DNA from: Bryobacteraceae bacterium
GTDB taxonomy: Bacteria; Acidobacteriota; Terriglobia; Bryobacterales; Bryobacteraceae
Direction of reading: 5' to 3'
Assembly (NCBI GenBank): GCA_035577325.1
Contig: DATLVQ010000838.1
Location: 1-36,840 of the forward strand
Length of the DNA stretch: 36,840 bases
Positions 25,167-33,016 of the stretch are shown in pieces. The notes under the pieces are model-generated. The model had not been told where the DNA came from. It worked only from the letters and a program-made list of their open reading frames with translations, and did no database searches. The position numbers and the translations under genes are program-made. Positions within the stretch are counted from its first letter, which is position 1. The number at the start of each line of letters is the position of its first letter.

Positions 25167-25591
25167 TGTTTCCCAAACCCAAGAGAGAGAAACGCAAGCC
25201 CAAGCCGCTGAAGCGTTCTTGGTTGCGTCCGCGTCCTCGCAAGAACCAGGTCCACGTTGTAGTGAGACACGCGCAAATCATCGCCATCTTGGAAAGCTGC
25301 CATCCTCAATCGTGTATCCGGGTGGACCGCATTCACGTGGACCGAGCGGAAGCGGTATCCTCGATACGGCATCAAGTCTTTGCGCGGTCGGGCGGTAGGT
25401 GTGAGCACGTCAAGCAGGATGGCGTGCTGTGCGGCAGGCCAATCACATGGGCCAACTTCGATCTAAACGAGCGCCATCACCGGGGCCGGGGTGGGTTGAT
25501 GAGTATCGACAATTCTGAGGCCGCATGTCGGCAGTGTCATCGCGGCGGTGATGCGCATCCTGAGAAAACGCTACGGTGGAGCAAGAAGTGA
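25166..25591 (+). CDS. HNH endonuclease
   Basis: RSGGRCEHV...DGVLCG...DLNERHHRGRGG...CRQCH. The start overlaps the previous stop as TGATG. Confidence 0.8.
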   Translation: MFPKPKREKRKPKPLKRSWLRPRPRKNQVHVVVRHAQIIAILESCHPQSCIRVDRIHVDRAEAVSSIRHQVFARSGGRCEHVKQDGVLCGRPITWANFDLNERHHRGRGGLMSIDNSEAACRQCHRGGDAHPEKTLRWSKK

Positions 25592-25977
25592 GCAAACGAT
25601 TCAAATTTCCTGGAGTAACGAAGTTGACGCGGTTTCCGCCATACGTGTTCGGGACAGCCGGTACCGCCGCGCTCGTCCATAAGGTGGAGCATGCCGAGAT
25701 TCATTGGAGCGACGTAGACGGCAAGATCTCAAACAAGCCGCTCATCGTGGCAGCCAAGACGGTATGCGGGTATAGCTTTCTAATACAGCACCACCGAAGC
25801 AAGAGGAAACGAGCCGAGTTCTGCGTATTGCCAAAGCCCGACGCTGTTCTCTGCGGAAGGTGCCACGGAACAGGCGTTACTTTCAAGGAGCGCAACAAGG
25901 GACCGAATGGAATAACGATCCGTGAGGCTCATCAGAGACTAGGTTGTATTAGCGAAGGTACGCTAACCGCCGCCTAA
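25588..25977 (+). CDS. hypothetical protein with a CGRCHGTG zinc motif
   Basis: The track ORF starts at GTG 25576. The GTG at 25588 overlaps the HNH stop as GTGA. Confidence 0.4.
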   Translation: MSKRFKFPGVTKLTRFPPYVFGTAGTAALVHKVEHAEIHWSDVDGKISNKPLIVAAKTVCGYSFLIQHHRSKRKRAEFCVLPKPDAVLCGRCHGTGVTFKERNKGPNGITIREAHQRLGCISEGTLTAA

Positions 25978-25980
25978 GCC

Positions 25981-26298
25981 ATGATCAGCTTCCGCCGTGC
26001 TCCTGGTGCGCTATTAAAGCAATCTCCTGATCCTCAACCCCCATCCACTGGAATCGTAGAACTACGCATTGACGGCGCCCACGTGCGGATCATCGGGCGT
26101 CGGCATTTCCTAGTGAAGAGCCGAACAGAGCGCGATGTGTGGCATTGCGTGGATCTCGAGGTGGACGAAGACCGCGACGATCCCGAGCCGATGGGCTGCT
26201 ACTGCCGGGAGTATCACCACCGGAGCCGAGACGCCTCGATGTGCTGGCATCTGGAACTGGTTTTAGAAATAATGAAAGATCGCGTAGAATTTTCTTGA
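25981..26298 (+). CDS. SWIM zinc-finger protein
   Basis: CYCREYHHRSRDASMCWH matches the C.C...C.H SWIM signature. 105 aa. Confidence 0.55.
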   Translation: MISFRRAPGALLKQSPDPQPPSTGIVELRIDGAHVRIIGRRHFLVKSRTERDVWHCVDLEVDEDRDDPEPMGCYCREYHHRSRDASMCWHLELVLEIMKDRVEFS

Positions 26299-26323
26299 CA
26301 CTTCTTACGGTATACGGTAAAAG
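26295..26323 (+). promoter_or_regulatory. candidate internal promoter (near-leaderless)
   Basis: tTTCTTGACA (26295-26300), then 17 nt, then TAAAAG (26318-26323). An ATG follows at 26332 with no SD. Confidence 0.45.
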
Positions 26324-26331
26324 TAATAAGC

Positions 26332-26430
26332 ATGAAAAAAGTTAAGTGCAAGCATTGCGGACATGGATGGTACCCACGCAGTCCGAAGCGTGCGAAGAAG
26401 TGCCCACGATGCCAACGGAAGGACTGGTAA
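26332..26430 (+). CDS. 32-aa zinc-ribbon peptide
   Basis: Hand translation gives MKKVKCKHCGHGWYPRSPKRAKKCPRCQRKDW. It lies directly downstream of the candidate promoter. Confidence 0.35.
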   Translation: MKKVKCKHCGHGWYPRSPKRAKKCPRCQRKDW

Positions 26431-26435
26431 ACAGC

Positions 26436-27089
26436 ATGAACCCACAAAACCTAGTTATCTCCCGATTGATCTCCGAAGACCCCGAACTGTATGAGGATCG
26501 CTACGCTGTCGGCGGCGTTCTCGTTTCTCAGACTCACACTGTTGCAACTGATAGCCATATGCTCATCGCTGTGGAGCTGGAAAAGCCGCGCGAAGGGCCT
26601 GACTACATCCTTCCGGCGAACATCTATCAGTTGGATGAGATGTCGGAAGTAGGGCCGGATGGACGCGTACTTGCCAACGTGAAGCCTTATCCAAATTGGC
26701 GCAATGTCATTCCGCAAGGCGAAGGCGTCGGCTCCGTCGTGCTCAACATCAAATTGCTCGCCAACCTCTGCGCGGTGCTTGACGACGTGGCGGGAGGCAA
26801 TTCCGCTGTACGGGTGTTCTTCTACGAATCGGACAGGCCCGTCAAGATCGTCGGTAGGACTGAAGAAGGCAAGGAGTTCATCGGGCTGGCGATGCTGATG
26901 CGCGACAAGAAAGACGATCTCACCCCGGTTCAATCCAAGTTTGACGAACTGCCCGACCGCTATCGCGAAGCGCTCGAAAAGATCGTTGCGAAATATGATT
27001 CAGACCGGGATGCTGGCCTCGCTGATGACGAGGGCGATTATGGTTGGCAACTTACGCAAATCGCTCGCGAAGCATTGGAGTCCAAGTGA
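26436..27089 (+). CDS. sliding-clamp (DnaN)-like protein, short form
   Basis: TVATDSHMLIAVE resembles DnaN ATDGHRLA. PYPNWRNVIP resembles the DnaN FPDY..VIP box. FIGLAMLMR resembles the DnaN C-terminal (L)MPMR. At 217 aa it is shorter than a three-domain clamp. Confidence 0.4.
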   Translation: MNPQNLVISRLISEDPELYEDRYAVGGVLVSQTHTVATDSHMLIAVELEKPREGPDYILPANIYQLDEMSEVGPDGRVLANVKPYPNWRNVIPQGEGVGSVVLNIKLLANLCAVLDDVAGGNSAVRVFFYESDRPVKIVGRTEEGKEFIGLAMLMRDKKDDLTPVQSKFDELPDRYREALEKIVAKYDSDRDAGLADDEGDYGWQLTQIAREALESK

Positions 27090-27871
27090 ACAACCAGCTA
27101 GGACCACAGGAAGTCAAATCACTCTCCCTCTATGACCGAGAAGCCGAATGGAAGCAACTTGAAGAACTGCTGGCCAATGCGTGCCTTGTCGGACTCAACG
27201 AAGAGGGAGGATTAGAAACACAAGAGAACGCCGAAGCGCTCGTTGCTCTTGTTGAAAAGACCTTCCTAGCCGTCCAAGACAAGCGCGATTCGTTCTGTTC
27301 GTTTCTGGCTTGGCTGGAAGGCCAGCAGCACATGGGAGAGCAGGAGCAGGAGCGCCTTGAATATCGCATCAAGCGGATTGAAGCAGCTCGAAAGCGCCTT
27401 GAGAAACTGGCGATTGATACAATCCGATCGCTTGGCCCTGACGCCAAGGGCAAGTGGAAACGACTGGAGGGGAAAACCTCGACGCTATCGCTTGCCAAGA
27501 ATCCGGCATCAGTGGAAGTGTTGGACGACAAGTTGATCCCTGATGAGTTCAAGGACATAACTATCGAAGTGAAGGTATCTGCGACGATTGCAGACAAGCT
27601 GATTGCAACTATCGTCAACGCCGATCATGCGCTCAACAAGCCTCCACTGATTTCAGTTCGGATGAAGGACGTTGCGGCGGCTCTCAAGGAAATGCTGCCG
27701 TGCGAGGACTGCGGAGAGTTGGGTGTGGTGTCGAAGCCTCCCGATGAATCAGAGGTGATTCATAATCCATCATGGAGTGTCTGCCCGAAGTGCAACGGGG
27801 ACAAGCAAGTTCCCCGGCAGGTTCCCGGCGCCCGGCTAGTTACTGACAAGGTGAGATTGGTTAGGAAATGA
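27086..27871 (+). CDS. Siphovirus Gp157-like protein with a C-terminal zinc ribbon
   Basis: It has a coiled-coil N-terminal half, then KWKRLEGKTSTLSLAKNPASVEVLDDKLIPDEF, typical of Gp157-family proteins found in recombination modules. The C-terminus reads CEDCG...CPKCNG. GTGA overlap. Confidence 0.55.
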   Translation: MNNQLGPQEVKSLSLYDREAEWKQLEELLANACLVGLNEEGGLETQENAEALVALVEKTFLAVQDKRDSFCSFLAWLEGQQHMGEQEQERLEYRIKRIEAARKRLEKLAIDTIRSLGPDAKGKWKRLEGKTSTLSLAKNPASVEVLDDKLIPDEFKDITIEVKVSATIADKLIATIVNADHALNKPPLISVRMKDVAAALKEMLPCEDCGELGVVSKPPDESEVIHNPSWSVCPKCNGDKQVPRQVPGARLVTDKVRLVRK

Positions 27872-28425
27872 GGGATCAATTGACTATCACTGAAGTTTTG
27901 CAACTATACCCGCGAACGAAGGCCGAGAAGTGGAAACAGCATCCGAACGGCGAGGGCTGGATTCACGAGGACGCCAAGGTATCGCCTGAAGCGTTCATTG
28001 GTCCGCGAGTCGCTGTGCGGGGCGGCACCATCGAGGGCGGCACCATCTTGGGCGGCACCATCTTGGGCGGCACCATCTTGGGCGGCACCATCTGGGGCGG
28101 CACCATCAAGGGCGGCACCATCAAGGGCGGCACCATCTGGGGCGGCACCATCTTGGGCGGCACCATCACAGACAAGGCCATCGTCAAGATCGGAGAGGAC
28201 TATGTAACGCTCCTGAGCGTTGCCGAGTGGGGAGCAATCACCGGACACAGAACTACTGACGGTTGGGTGATTGTCTGCGGATGCCGCCGATTCACCTTGG
28301 CTGAGGCAATGGATCACTGGAAGGGACGCGAAGACCGAACCGGAACCAGAATGGCCGTCGATGTAATCGCACAGATCGCCAAACAGCGTGGTTGGGATTT
28401 GACCGCCGACAAGGAGAACAAATGA
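27868..28425 (+). CDS. GGTIx pentapeptide tandem-repeat protein
   Basis: 185 aa. It has ten GGTI[ELWKT] units, then a globular C-terminus with GCRRFTLAEAMDHW. ATGA overlaps occur at both ends. Confidence 0.7.
   Translation: MRDQLTITEVLQLYPRTKAEKWKQHPNGEGWIHEDAKVSPEAFIGPRVAVRGGTIEGGTILGGTILGGTILGGTIWGGTIKGGTIKGGTIWGGTILGGTITDKAIVKIGEDYVTLLSVAEWGAITGHRTTDGWVIVCGCRRFTLAEAMDHWKGREDRTGTRMAVDVIAQIAKQRGWDLTADKENK
28021..28170 (+). repeat. perfect 15-nt tandem coding repeat x10
   Basis: ggcggcaccatc is invariant in all ten units. Only the fifth codon varies (gag, ttg, ttg, ttg, tgg, aag, aag, tgg, ttg, aca). Confidence 0.95.
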
Positions 28426-29513
28426 GCACAGCAATTACAGTTCAAGAACCGAGAGTCCCTGTCGTAGTAGATCTGATGGAGACGGCGATCGATACGCGCA
28501 AGGCAGCAGCCCAAGTCCAGTACGTTCAAAAGATCATGGCCGAAGTAATGATCGACGGCGAGCATTACGGCGTCATCCCCGGCACTGGCAACGGAAAGAA
28601 GACGCTGTTGAAGTCGGGCGCTGAAAAGCTCTGCTTCGTCTTTCGGCTGGCTCCCGAGTTTGAGATTGTTCGATCCGTCGAAGACGAGAACTTTATCCTC
28701 TTCGATATTCGATGCCGTCTTGTTCACATTCCGAGCGGGCAAGTCATGGGTACGGGCATGGGATCGTGTTCGAGCCGAGAAGAGAAGTACGGCTGGCGCA
28801 AAGGAGCGCGCGCGTGTCCGATTTGTCAGAAGTCCGGGAGCATCATCAAGGGTAAACCGGAGTTCGCTCCGAAGGATCGCCAAGGCGTCAAACTGGAAGG
28901 ATTCGAGAAGGGCGGGTTCGTCTGCTTCAAAAAGAAGGACGGCTGCGGGGCCAACTTCCGCGACGACGACGAATCAATCTTGGCTCAGTCGGTGGATCGC
29001 GTTCCTACCGAGAACATTTGGGAGCAACACAACACGCTTTTGAAGATGGCGCAGAAGCGCGCGCTCGTTGCGGCCACGTTGGTCACTACTGCTTGCAGCG
29101 ACATCTTCACCCAGGATCTCGAGGATTCCGTTCCAGAGGCATCCGACAAGGGAGGCGCTATCCCTCCGAGTTTTCCCACTACTCCGGTAGAGCCATCCAA
29201 GCCGGTCGCTCACGCGACGTTCCGAGAGAAAGACGGAGAAGGCAAACCTCGCTGGATTCTGGAAGTGATGCTGGTCTACAACGCCATCTTGGAGATGTCT
29301 CCGGAAGAAGCTGCGTTAGTTCCTGAGAAATACCTGATTGACAGCAAGGGGCCGCACATCTGGGAAGAAGTCTTGACGTGGACGAAGCCGGCCGCTGAGA
29401 AATGGTGGACCAAGGTCCTGACGAAACTGCAAGTCCGCGTCGAGGAACTGGAAAAGCAGATGCCACCATCCGACATCAAGGAAGATCCGATACCGGATGG
29501 TCCTGCGGCATAG
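28422..29513 (+). CDS. putative single-strand annealing/recombination protein with an embedded zinc ribbon (assignment by synteny)
   Basis: 363 aa. AAGGAGA precedes the ATG. It follows the Gp157-like gene. It contains YGVIPGTGNGKKTLLKSGAEKLCFVFRL, CPICQKSG and NTLLKMAQKRALVAATL. The family was not securely recognised. Confidence 0.3.
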   Translation: MSTAITVQEPRVPVVVDLMETAIDTRKAAAQVQYVQKIMAEVMIDGEHYGVIPGTGNGKKTLLKSGAEKLCFVFRLAPEFEIVRSVEDENFILFDIRCRLVHIPSGQVMGTGMGSCSSREEKYGWRKGARACPICQKSGSIIKGKPEFAPKDRQGVKLEGFEKGGFVCFKKKDGCGANFRDDDESILAQSVDRVPTENIWEQHNTLLKMAQKRALVAATLVTTACSDIFTQDLEDSVPEASDKGGAIPPSFPTTPVEPSKPVAHATFREKDGEGKPRWILEVMLVYNAILEMSPEEAALVPEKYLIDSKGPHIWEEVLTWTKPAAEKWWTKVLTKLQVRVEELEKQMPPSDIKEDPIPDGPAA

Positions 29514-29563
29514 TGACCGACACCAGACGGTTAATTCTGGTCGCGTAAAAACAGAGGAGGGGT

Positions 29564-30193
29564 ATGGGTCCTATCAGCACGTTTCTAAGGAATGAAATAT
29601 CGGCGGTGTACCGCAAGCCGTCGAGTTTCAAAACCGACAAGCAGCAACACAAGACGATGGCGATGGAGTTTCACGTCAAGCTTGGAGACATTGACATGTT
29701 CCCGCCGGCGATCCGCCAAGCGGCACGTTGCATCAAGGCCGTGCGGCCGATTCGCTCAATCAAGTTGGACCTGTGGGAAGAGAACTTCCTATTCCGTGTG
29801 GAGACAGGGCCAGCGGAAACGAAGGGCGATAAATACGCCTTCGTGGGTTGCGAAGGGAAAGCGCTTCGCATCTTCCGGTCGGGCGACAAGGACCACACGA
29901 TCTGGCTGTCGTTCCAAGTGAAGGGAGCCACGAACAAGAGCAATGCGGAGTTTACGGCGGTCAACTACGGCGAGGAAGTGCGGATCAGCGCCGAAGGCGA
30001 ACCGGAATTGCCAGGGACGCACGTGGCCGACGACAAACAGAAGGATCTGAACTTCCCGGACGTGGAGGCGCAGCCGAAGAAGCGTGCGGCGAAGAAAGCG
30101 GCGAAGGTCGAAAAGAAGAAGGGCGCGCGTCTGGGCAACGCTCTTCCGCGGCAGTTGGGGACCGGGCCAAAGCGAGCGAAGCGCAAAAAGTAG
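29564..30193 (+). CDS. hypothetical protein with a Lys/Arg-rich C-terminal tail
   Basis: GGAGG precedes the ATG. 209 aa. The tail reads KKRAAKKAAKVEKKKGARLG...KRAKRKK. Confidence 0.55.
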   Translation: MGPISTFLRNEISAVYRKPSSFKTDKQQHKTMAMEFHVKLGDIDMFPPAIRQAARCIKAVRPIRSIKLDLWEENFLFRVETGPAETKGDKYAFVGCEGKALRIFRSGDKDHTIWLSFQVKGATNKSNAEFTAVNYGEEVRISAEGEPELPGTHVADDKQKDLNFPDVEAQPKKRAAKKAAKVEKKKGARLGNALPRQLGTGPKRAKRKK

Positions 30194-30222
30194 GGTAGTC
30201 TAAAAAACAGGAGAATTCCACT

Positions 30223-30591
30223 ATGAAGTCCAAGAAGTCCAAACAGTATCGACAAGGCGATGTTTTACTCACCGAAGTAGCGGTAATCCCGCCGCAAGGG
30301 AAAATCGGCGCGATGCCGATTGAAGGCAATCCGCGCGATGTAGCAAACCGCGTAGTCTTGGCGTACGGAGAGGTCACTGGTCATGCTCACACGCTAGACG
30401 CGGAGGATTGCGAGTTGGTTGAAGTTCCCGCTGGACTCGGCGCGGAATTAGAGGGTTGGTTTTTGCGGGTCCATCAAGACACGCAATTGACCCATCAGGA
30501 GCACAGCACGATCGAGGTTCCGGCTGGAAACTATCGCGTGACGCGTCAGCGCGAGTACTCGCCGGAAGCAATCCGCAACGTGGCCGACTAA
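30223..30591 (+). CDS. conserved phage protein of unknown function
   Basis: AGGAG precedes the ATG. It contains YRQGDVLL...YGEVTGHAH...HQEHSTIEVPAGNYRVTRQREY, a pattern recalled from other phage hypotheticals. Confidence 0.55.
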   Translation: MKSKKSKQYRQGDVLLTEVAVIPPQGKIGAMPIEGNPRDVANRVVLAYGEVTGHAHTLDAEDCELVEVPAGLGAELEGWFLRVHQDTQLTHQEHSTIEVPAGNYRVTRQREYSPEAIRNVAD

Positions 30592-30608
30592 ATCAAAGGG
30601 ATAATCCA

Positions 30609-31775
30609 ATGGCTCGCATCGAGAGATTAACAGCAGAACAGATTGCACGATTTCCTGAGTTTGTTGAGAAGTGGCGAGCCATTGGCCTCCGTACTGATCC
30701 AGCCGAGCGCGGAGCGGCAGAAGCGGCCATCGCAAAGATGTACGCAACTGCTGGACTACCGGCTCCAAAAACCGTCTGGTGCGGATCGCCTCTTTCGCAA
30801 GGTTTGACGAGAGCAATTCTGTTAGATAAGAATTTCTGGGCTTCCGTCGGGGCTTCCGTCGGGGATTCCGTCAGGGATTCCGTCTGGGCTTCCGTCTGGG
30901 ATTCCGTCAGGGCTTCCGTCGGGGCTTCCGTCGGGGATTCCGTCTGGGATTCCGTCTGGGCTTCCGTCGGGGATTCCGTCTGGGCTTCCGTCGGGGATTC
31001 CGTCAGGGCTTCCGTCGGGGATTCCGTCAGGGATTCCGTCTGGGCTTCCGTCTGGGCTTCCGTCTGGGCTTCCGTCGGGGATTCCGTCAGGGATTCCGTC
31101 TGGGCTTCCGTCGGGGATTCCGTCTGGGCTTCCGTCTATGGACAACACGATGCATCATGGCTGGCCTTCTACGACTACTTCCGCGACGTGTGCAATTTGC
31201 ACGAACACACCGAAAAACTACAAGGACTCTGGCTCCTCGCGCAAAGCGCGGGATGGGCGCTGCCACACAAAAACATCTGCTGGATTTCCGAGCGGCACAA
31301 TGTGGTCCATCAGGACGAAAGTTGGCGTCTACATTGCCCAGATGGTCCGGCGCTGATGTATCCGGACGGGTTTGGAATCTGGGCGTGGCACGGCGTGCGC
31401 GTACCACAGCAACTCATCGAGTCTCCGACGACAATTACGATTGAGCAAATCCGCACGGAGCAAAACGCGGAAATCCGACGAGTGATGATTGATCGGTTTG
31501 GAGCGGAGCGGTATCTGCGCGAGAGCGGCGCGAAGTTGATCCACACCCACAAGGGGCGCGAGAAGGGTCTTGCTGGTGGAAAGCTGTGGCGCACGGAGAT
31601 TCCAGGGGATGAACCACTGGTGATGGTGGAGTTGCTGAACAGCACGCCGGAGCCGACAGGCGAGACGAAGCACTATACATTGCGCGTACCCCCTGATGTT
31701 AAAACGGTTCAGCAGGCGGTTGCGTGGACGTTCAATCAGACGGAACAAGAGTACGCTCCTGCGCAGGAAACATAG
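30609..31775 (+). CDS. [A/D]SV[G/R/W] tetrapeptide tandem-repeat protein with a conserved C-terminal domain
   Basis: The internal ATG (MARIERL) of track ORF 30456-31775 is used. 25 four-residue units separate an N-terminal helical region from a C-terminal region (LHCPDGPALMYPDGFGIWAWHGVRVP). From memory this resembles a bacterial DUF family with the same architecture. Confidence 0.65.
   Translation: MARIERLTAEQIARFPEFVEKWRAIGLRTDPAERGAAEAAIAKMYATAGLPAPKTVWCGSPLSQGLTRAILLDKNFWASVGASVGDSVRDSVWASVWDSVRASVGASVGDSVWDSVWASVGDSVWASVGDSVRASVGDSVRDSVWASVWASVWASVGDSVRDSVWASVGDSVWASVYGQHDASWLAFYDYFRDVCNLHEHTEKLQGLWLLAQSAGWALPHKNICWISERHNVVHQDESWRLHCPDGPALMYPDGFGIWAWHGVRVPQQLIESPTTITIEQIRTEQNAEIRRVMIDRFGAERYLRESGAKLIHTHKGREKGLAGGKLWRTEIPGDEPLVMVELLNSTPEPTGETKHYTLRVPPDVKTVQQAVAWTFNQTEQEYAPAQET
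30840..31139 (+). repeat. 12-nt tandem coding repeat x25
   Basis: The unit is g[c/a]ttccgtc[g/a/t]gg. Only nt 2 and nt 10 of the unit vary across 24 units. The last unit ends in tat. Confidence 0.95.
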
Positions 31776-32021
31776 ATGACCAATCGAAACTCACCACGGA
31801 GTCTGCGCACATCTCGCGAATCGATTCTCGAGATTCGGGAAGCTGTAATCAAATTCAAGGATCGCGATGGCCTGTCGTGGCCGGTCATCGCGGTTCGCAT
31901 CGGCGTAAGCAAGACAATGGCACAGCAATACTACCGGGACGCGAAGCGGTTCGATAACGCCAGCGGTCCGGTCACAGCGAATGAGTTACGAGCGCAGAAG
32001 CGCAGAGAGGCGTATTCATGA
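31776..32021 (+). CDS. small HTH-like DNA-binding protein (possible late regulator)
   Basis: The 81-aa protein contains GLSWPVIAVRIGVSKTMAQQYYRDAKR, which resembles a sigma-70 region-4/LuxR-type HTH. Confidence 0.4.
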   Translation: MTNRNSPRSLRTSRESILEIREAVIKFKDRDGLSWPVIAVRIGVSKTMAQQYYRDAKRFDNASGPVTANELRAQKRREAYS

Positions 32022-32269
32022 ACTTCAAGGTAAACACCAGGTTGATTTTCGCCTTGTTATTGTGTTCGATGGCTCACACTCAGTCGAAGGACTGCTGCAC
32101 AACAAAGCCAGACATCATCGCAAAGTTGAACGCCGAAACAGCCAAGCGTGATCTAACCTGGTATCGGGGGATTCACTCACCGGACAGTCCCTCTCCCTTT
32201 GGGCCTTTTCCGTCTGAAGCCTTTGTGCTGGCTTTAAGGATCAAGGAAACACTTGACATGCTGTCCTAG
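32018..32269 (+). CDS. small secreted or lipoprotein-like protein
   Basis: ATGA overlap. It has an N-terminal signal-like MNFKVNTRLIFALLLCSMAHTQS. Confidence 0.45.
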   Translation: MNFKVNTRLIFALLLCSMAHTQSKDCCTTKPDIIAKLNAETAKRDLTWYRGIHSPDSPSPFGPFPSEAFVLALRIKETLDMLS

Positions 32270-32282
32270 TCATGCGAATGTT
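32253..32282 (+). promoter_or_regulatory. candidate promoter
   Basis: cacTTGACA (32253-32258), then 18 nt, then AATGTT. The -10 element is weak. It overlaps the 3' end of the preceding ORF. Confidence 0.3.
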
Positions 32283-32314
32283 AGGTTCGTGCATCGATCC
32301 CCCTCCTTTGACTT

Positions 32315-32361
32315 GCCCGGTACCCGCGTCTTAAAAGCGCTGTTGCCGGGCTTTGTTATTT
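32315..32361 (+). terminator. intrinsic terminator-like hairpin
   Basis: GCCCGG (32315-32320) pairs with CCGGGC (32346-32351). The interior is partly paired. TTTGTTATTT follows. Confidence 0.5.
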
Positions 32362-32475
32362 AGATGGGTGGATGCTTCTACCGGTGGGGTTGAATCGCTC
32401 GGGCCACACGGAACCAAAGGCTTCCCCGAGTCGGCAGTGAATACCTCGCCGTCACAACTACGTCTGTGAGGGTAA

Positions 32476-32700
32476 ATGAACGAAGAATACGTTGTAGGCG
32501 CTTCCTACGAAGGTTCAGTCAAATTCTTCAATTCCGATAAGGGATACGGATTTGTCGAAGAGCCTGGCTTCCCAAATCTCTTCTTCCACTTTCGCGGTCT
32601 TGCTGGCGGTCGCAAGTCAATCGACAACGGCGCGCGTGTGCGCTTCACTGTGATTGATGGACGACGCGGACCGGAAGCTTCAGGAATCGAAGAGCTGTGA
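32476..32700 (+). CDS. csp: cold-shock domain protein
   Basis: GSVKFFNSDKGYGFVEEPG...LFFHF carries RNP1/RNP2-like CSD motifs. GAGGG precedes the ATG. Confidence 0.9.
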   Translation: MNEEYVVGASYEGSVKFFNSDKGYGFVEEPGFPNLFFHFRGLAGGRKSIDNGARVRFTVIDGRRGPEASGIEEL

Positions 32701-33014
32701 AAGAGCCAATCGTTCGCGAGAACATGTTGATCGCAGTTGTCTTGTCGCTGCTCGCTCTCTTCTTCGGATTCGCCACATACAACAAAGGAACGGATGCCAT
32801 CCGTGATGACGTTCGCGTTCAGCAGTCCCAACAGCGTGAACTGAATCGCATCAACCACGCGATTAAGGCGTATGACGCGACGGAGAAGGTTGGTAGATGT
32901 AATTTCAAGTCGAGTCGAATGTATTTTGAATTCAACGATCCCTTCACTTCCATCACGTCCGATGGATTGACAGTAGGAACCGCAGCTAATTCGCGCTTCA
33001 AGGTGAAGGAATAA
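32697..33014 (+). CDS. single-pass membrane protein
   Basis: GTGA overlap. The TM segment is MLIAVVLSLLALFFGFATY, followed by a polar C-terminal part. Confidence 0.5.
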   Translation: MKEPIVRENMLIAVVLSLLALFFGFATYNKGTDAIRDDVRVQQSQQRELNRINHAIKAYDATEKVGRCNFKSSRMYFEFNDPFTSITSDGLTVGTAANSRFKVKE

Positions 33015-33016
33015 AA

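Noticed and set aside
27963-28207. Track ORFs 27963-28187 (-, MVPPKMVPPQ...) and 27998-28207 (+, AAPSWAAPS...) across the 15-nt repeat
   Set aside because: These are alternative-frame and antisense readings of the same tandem repeat. They have no independent start context, whereas the GGTIx frame is embedded in a coupled 185-aa gene.
28021-31139. The two tandem arrays as possible CRISPR arrays
   Set aside because: The units are 12 and 15 nt, directly abutting with no spacers, in frame inside long ORFs, and no cas genes are present.
30822-31148. Antisense ORF encoding PDGIPDGSPDG repeats
   Set aside because: It is a mirror image of the 12-nt coding repeat. It is confined to the repeat and has no flanking domain or start signals.
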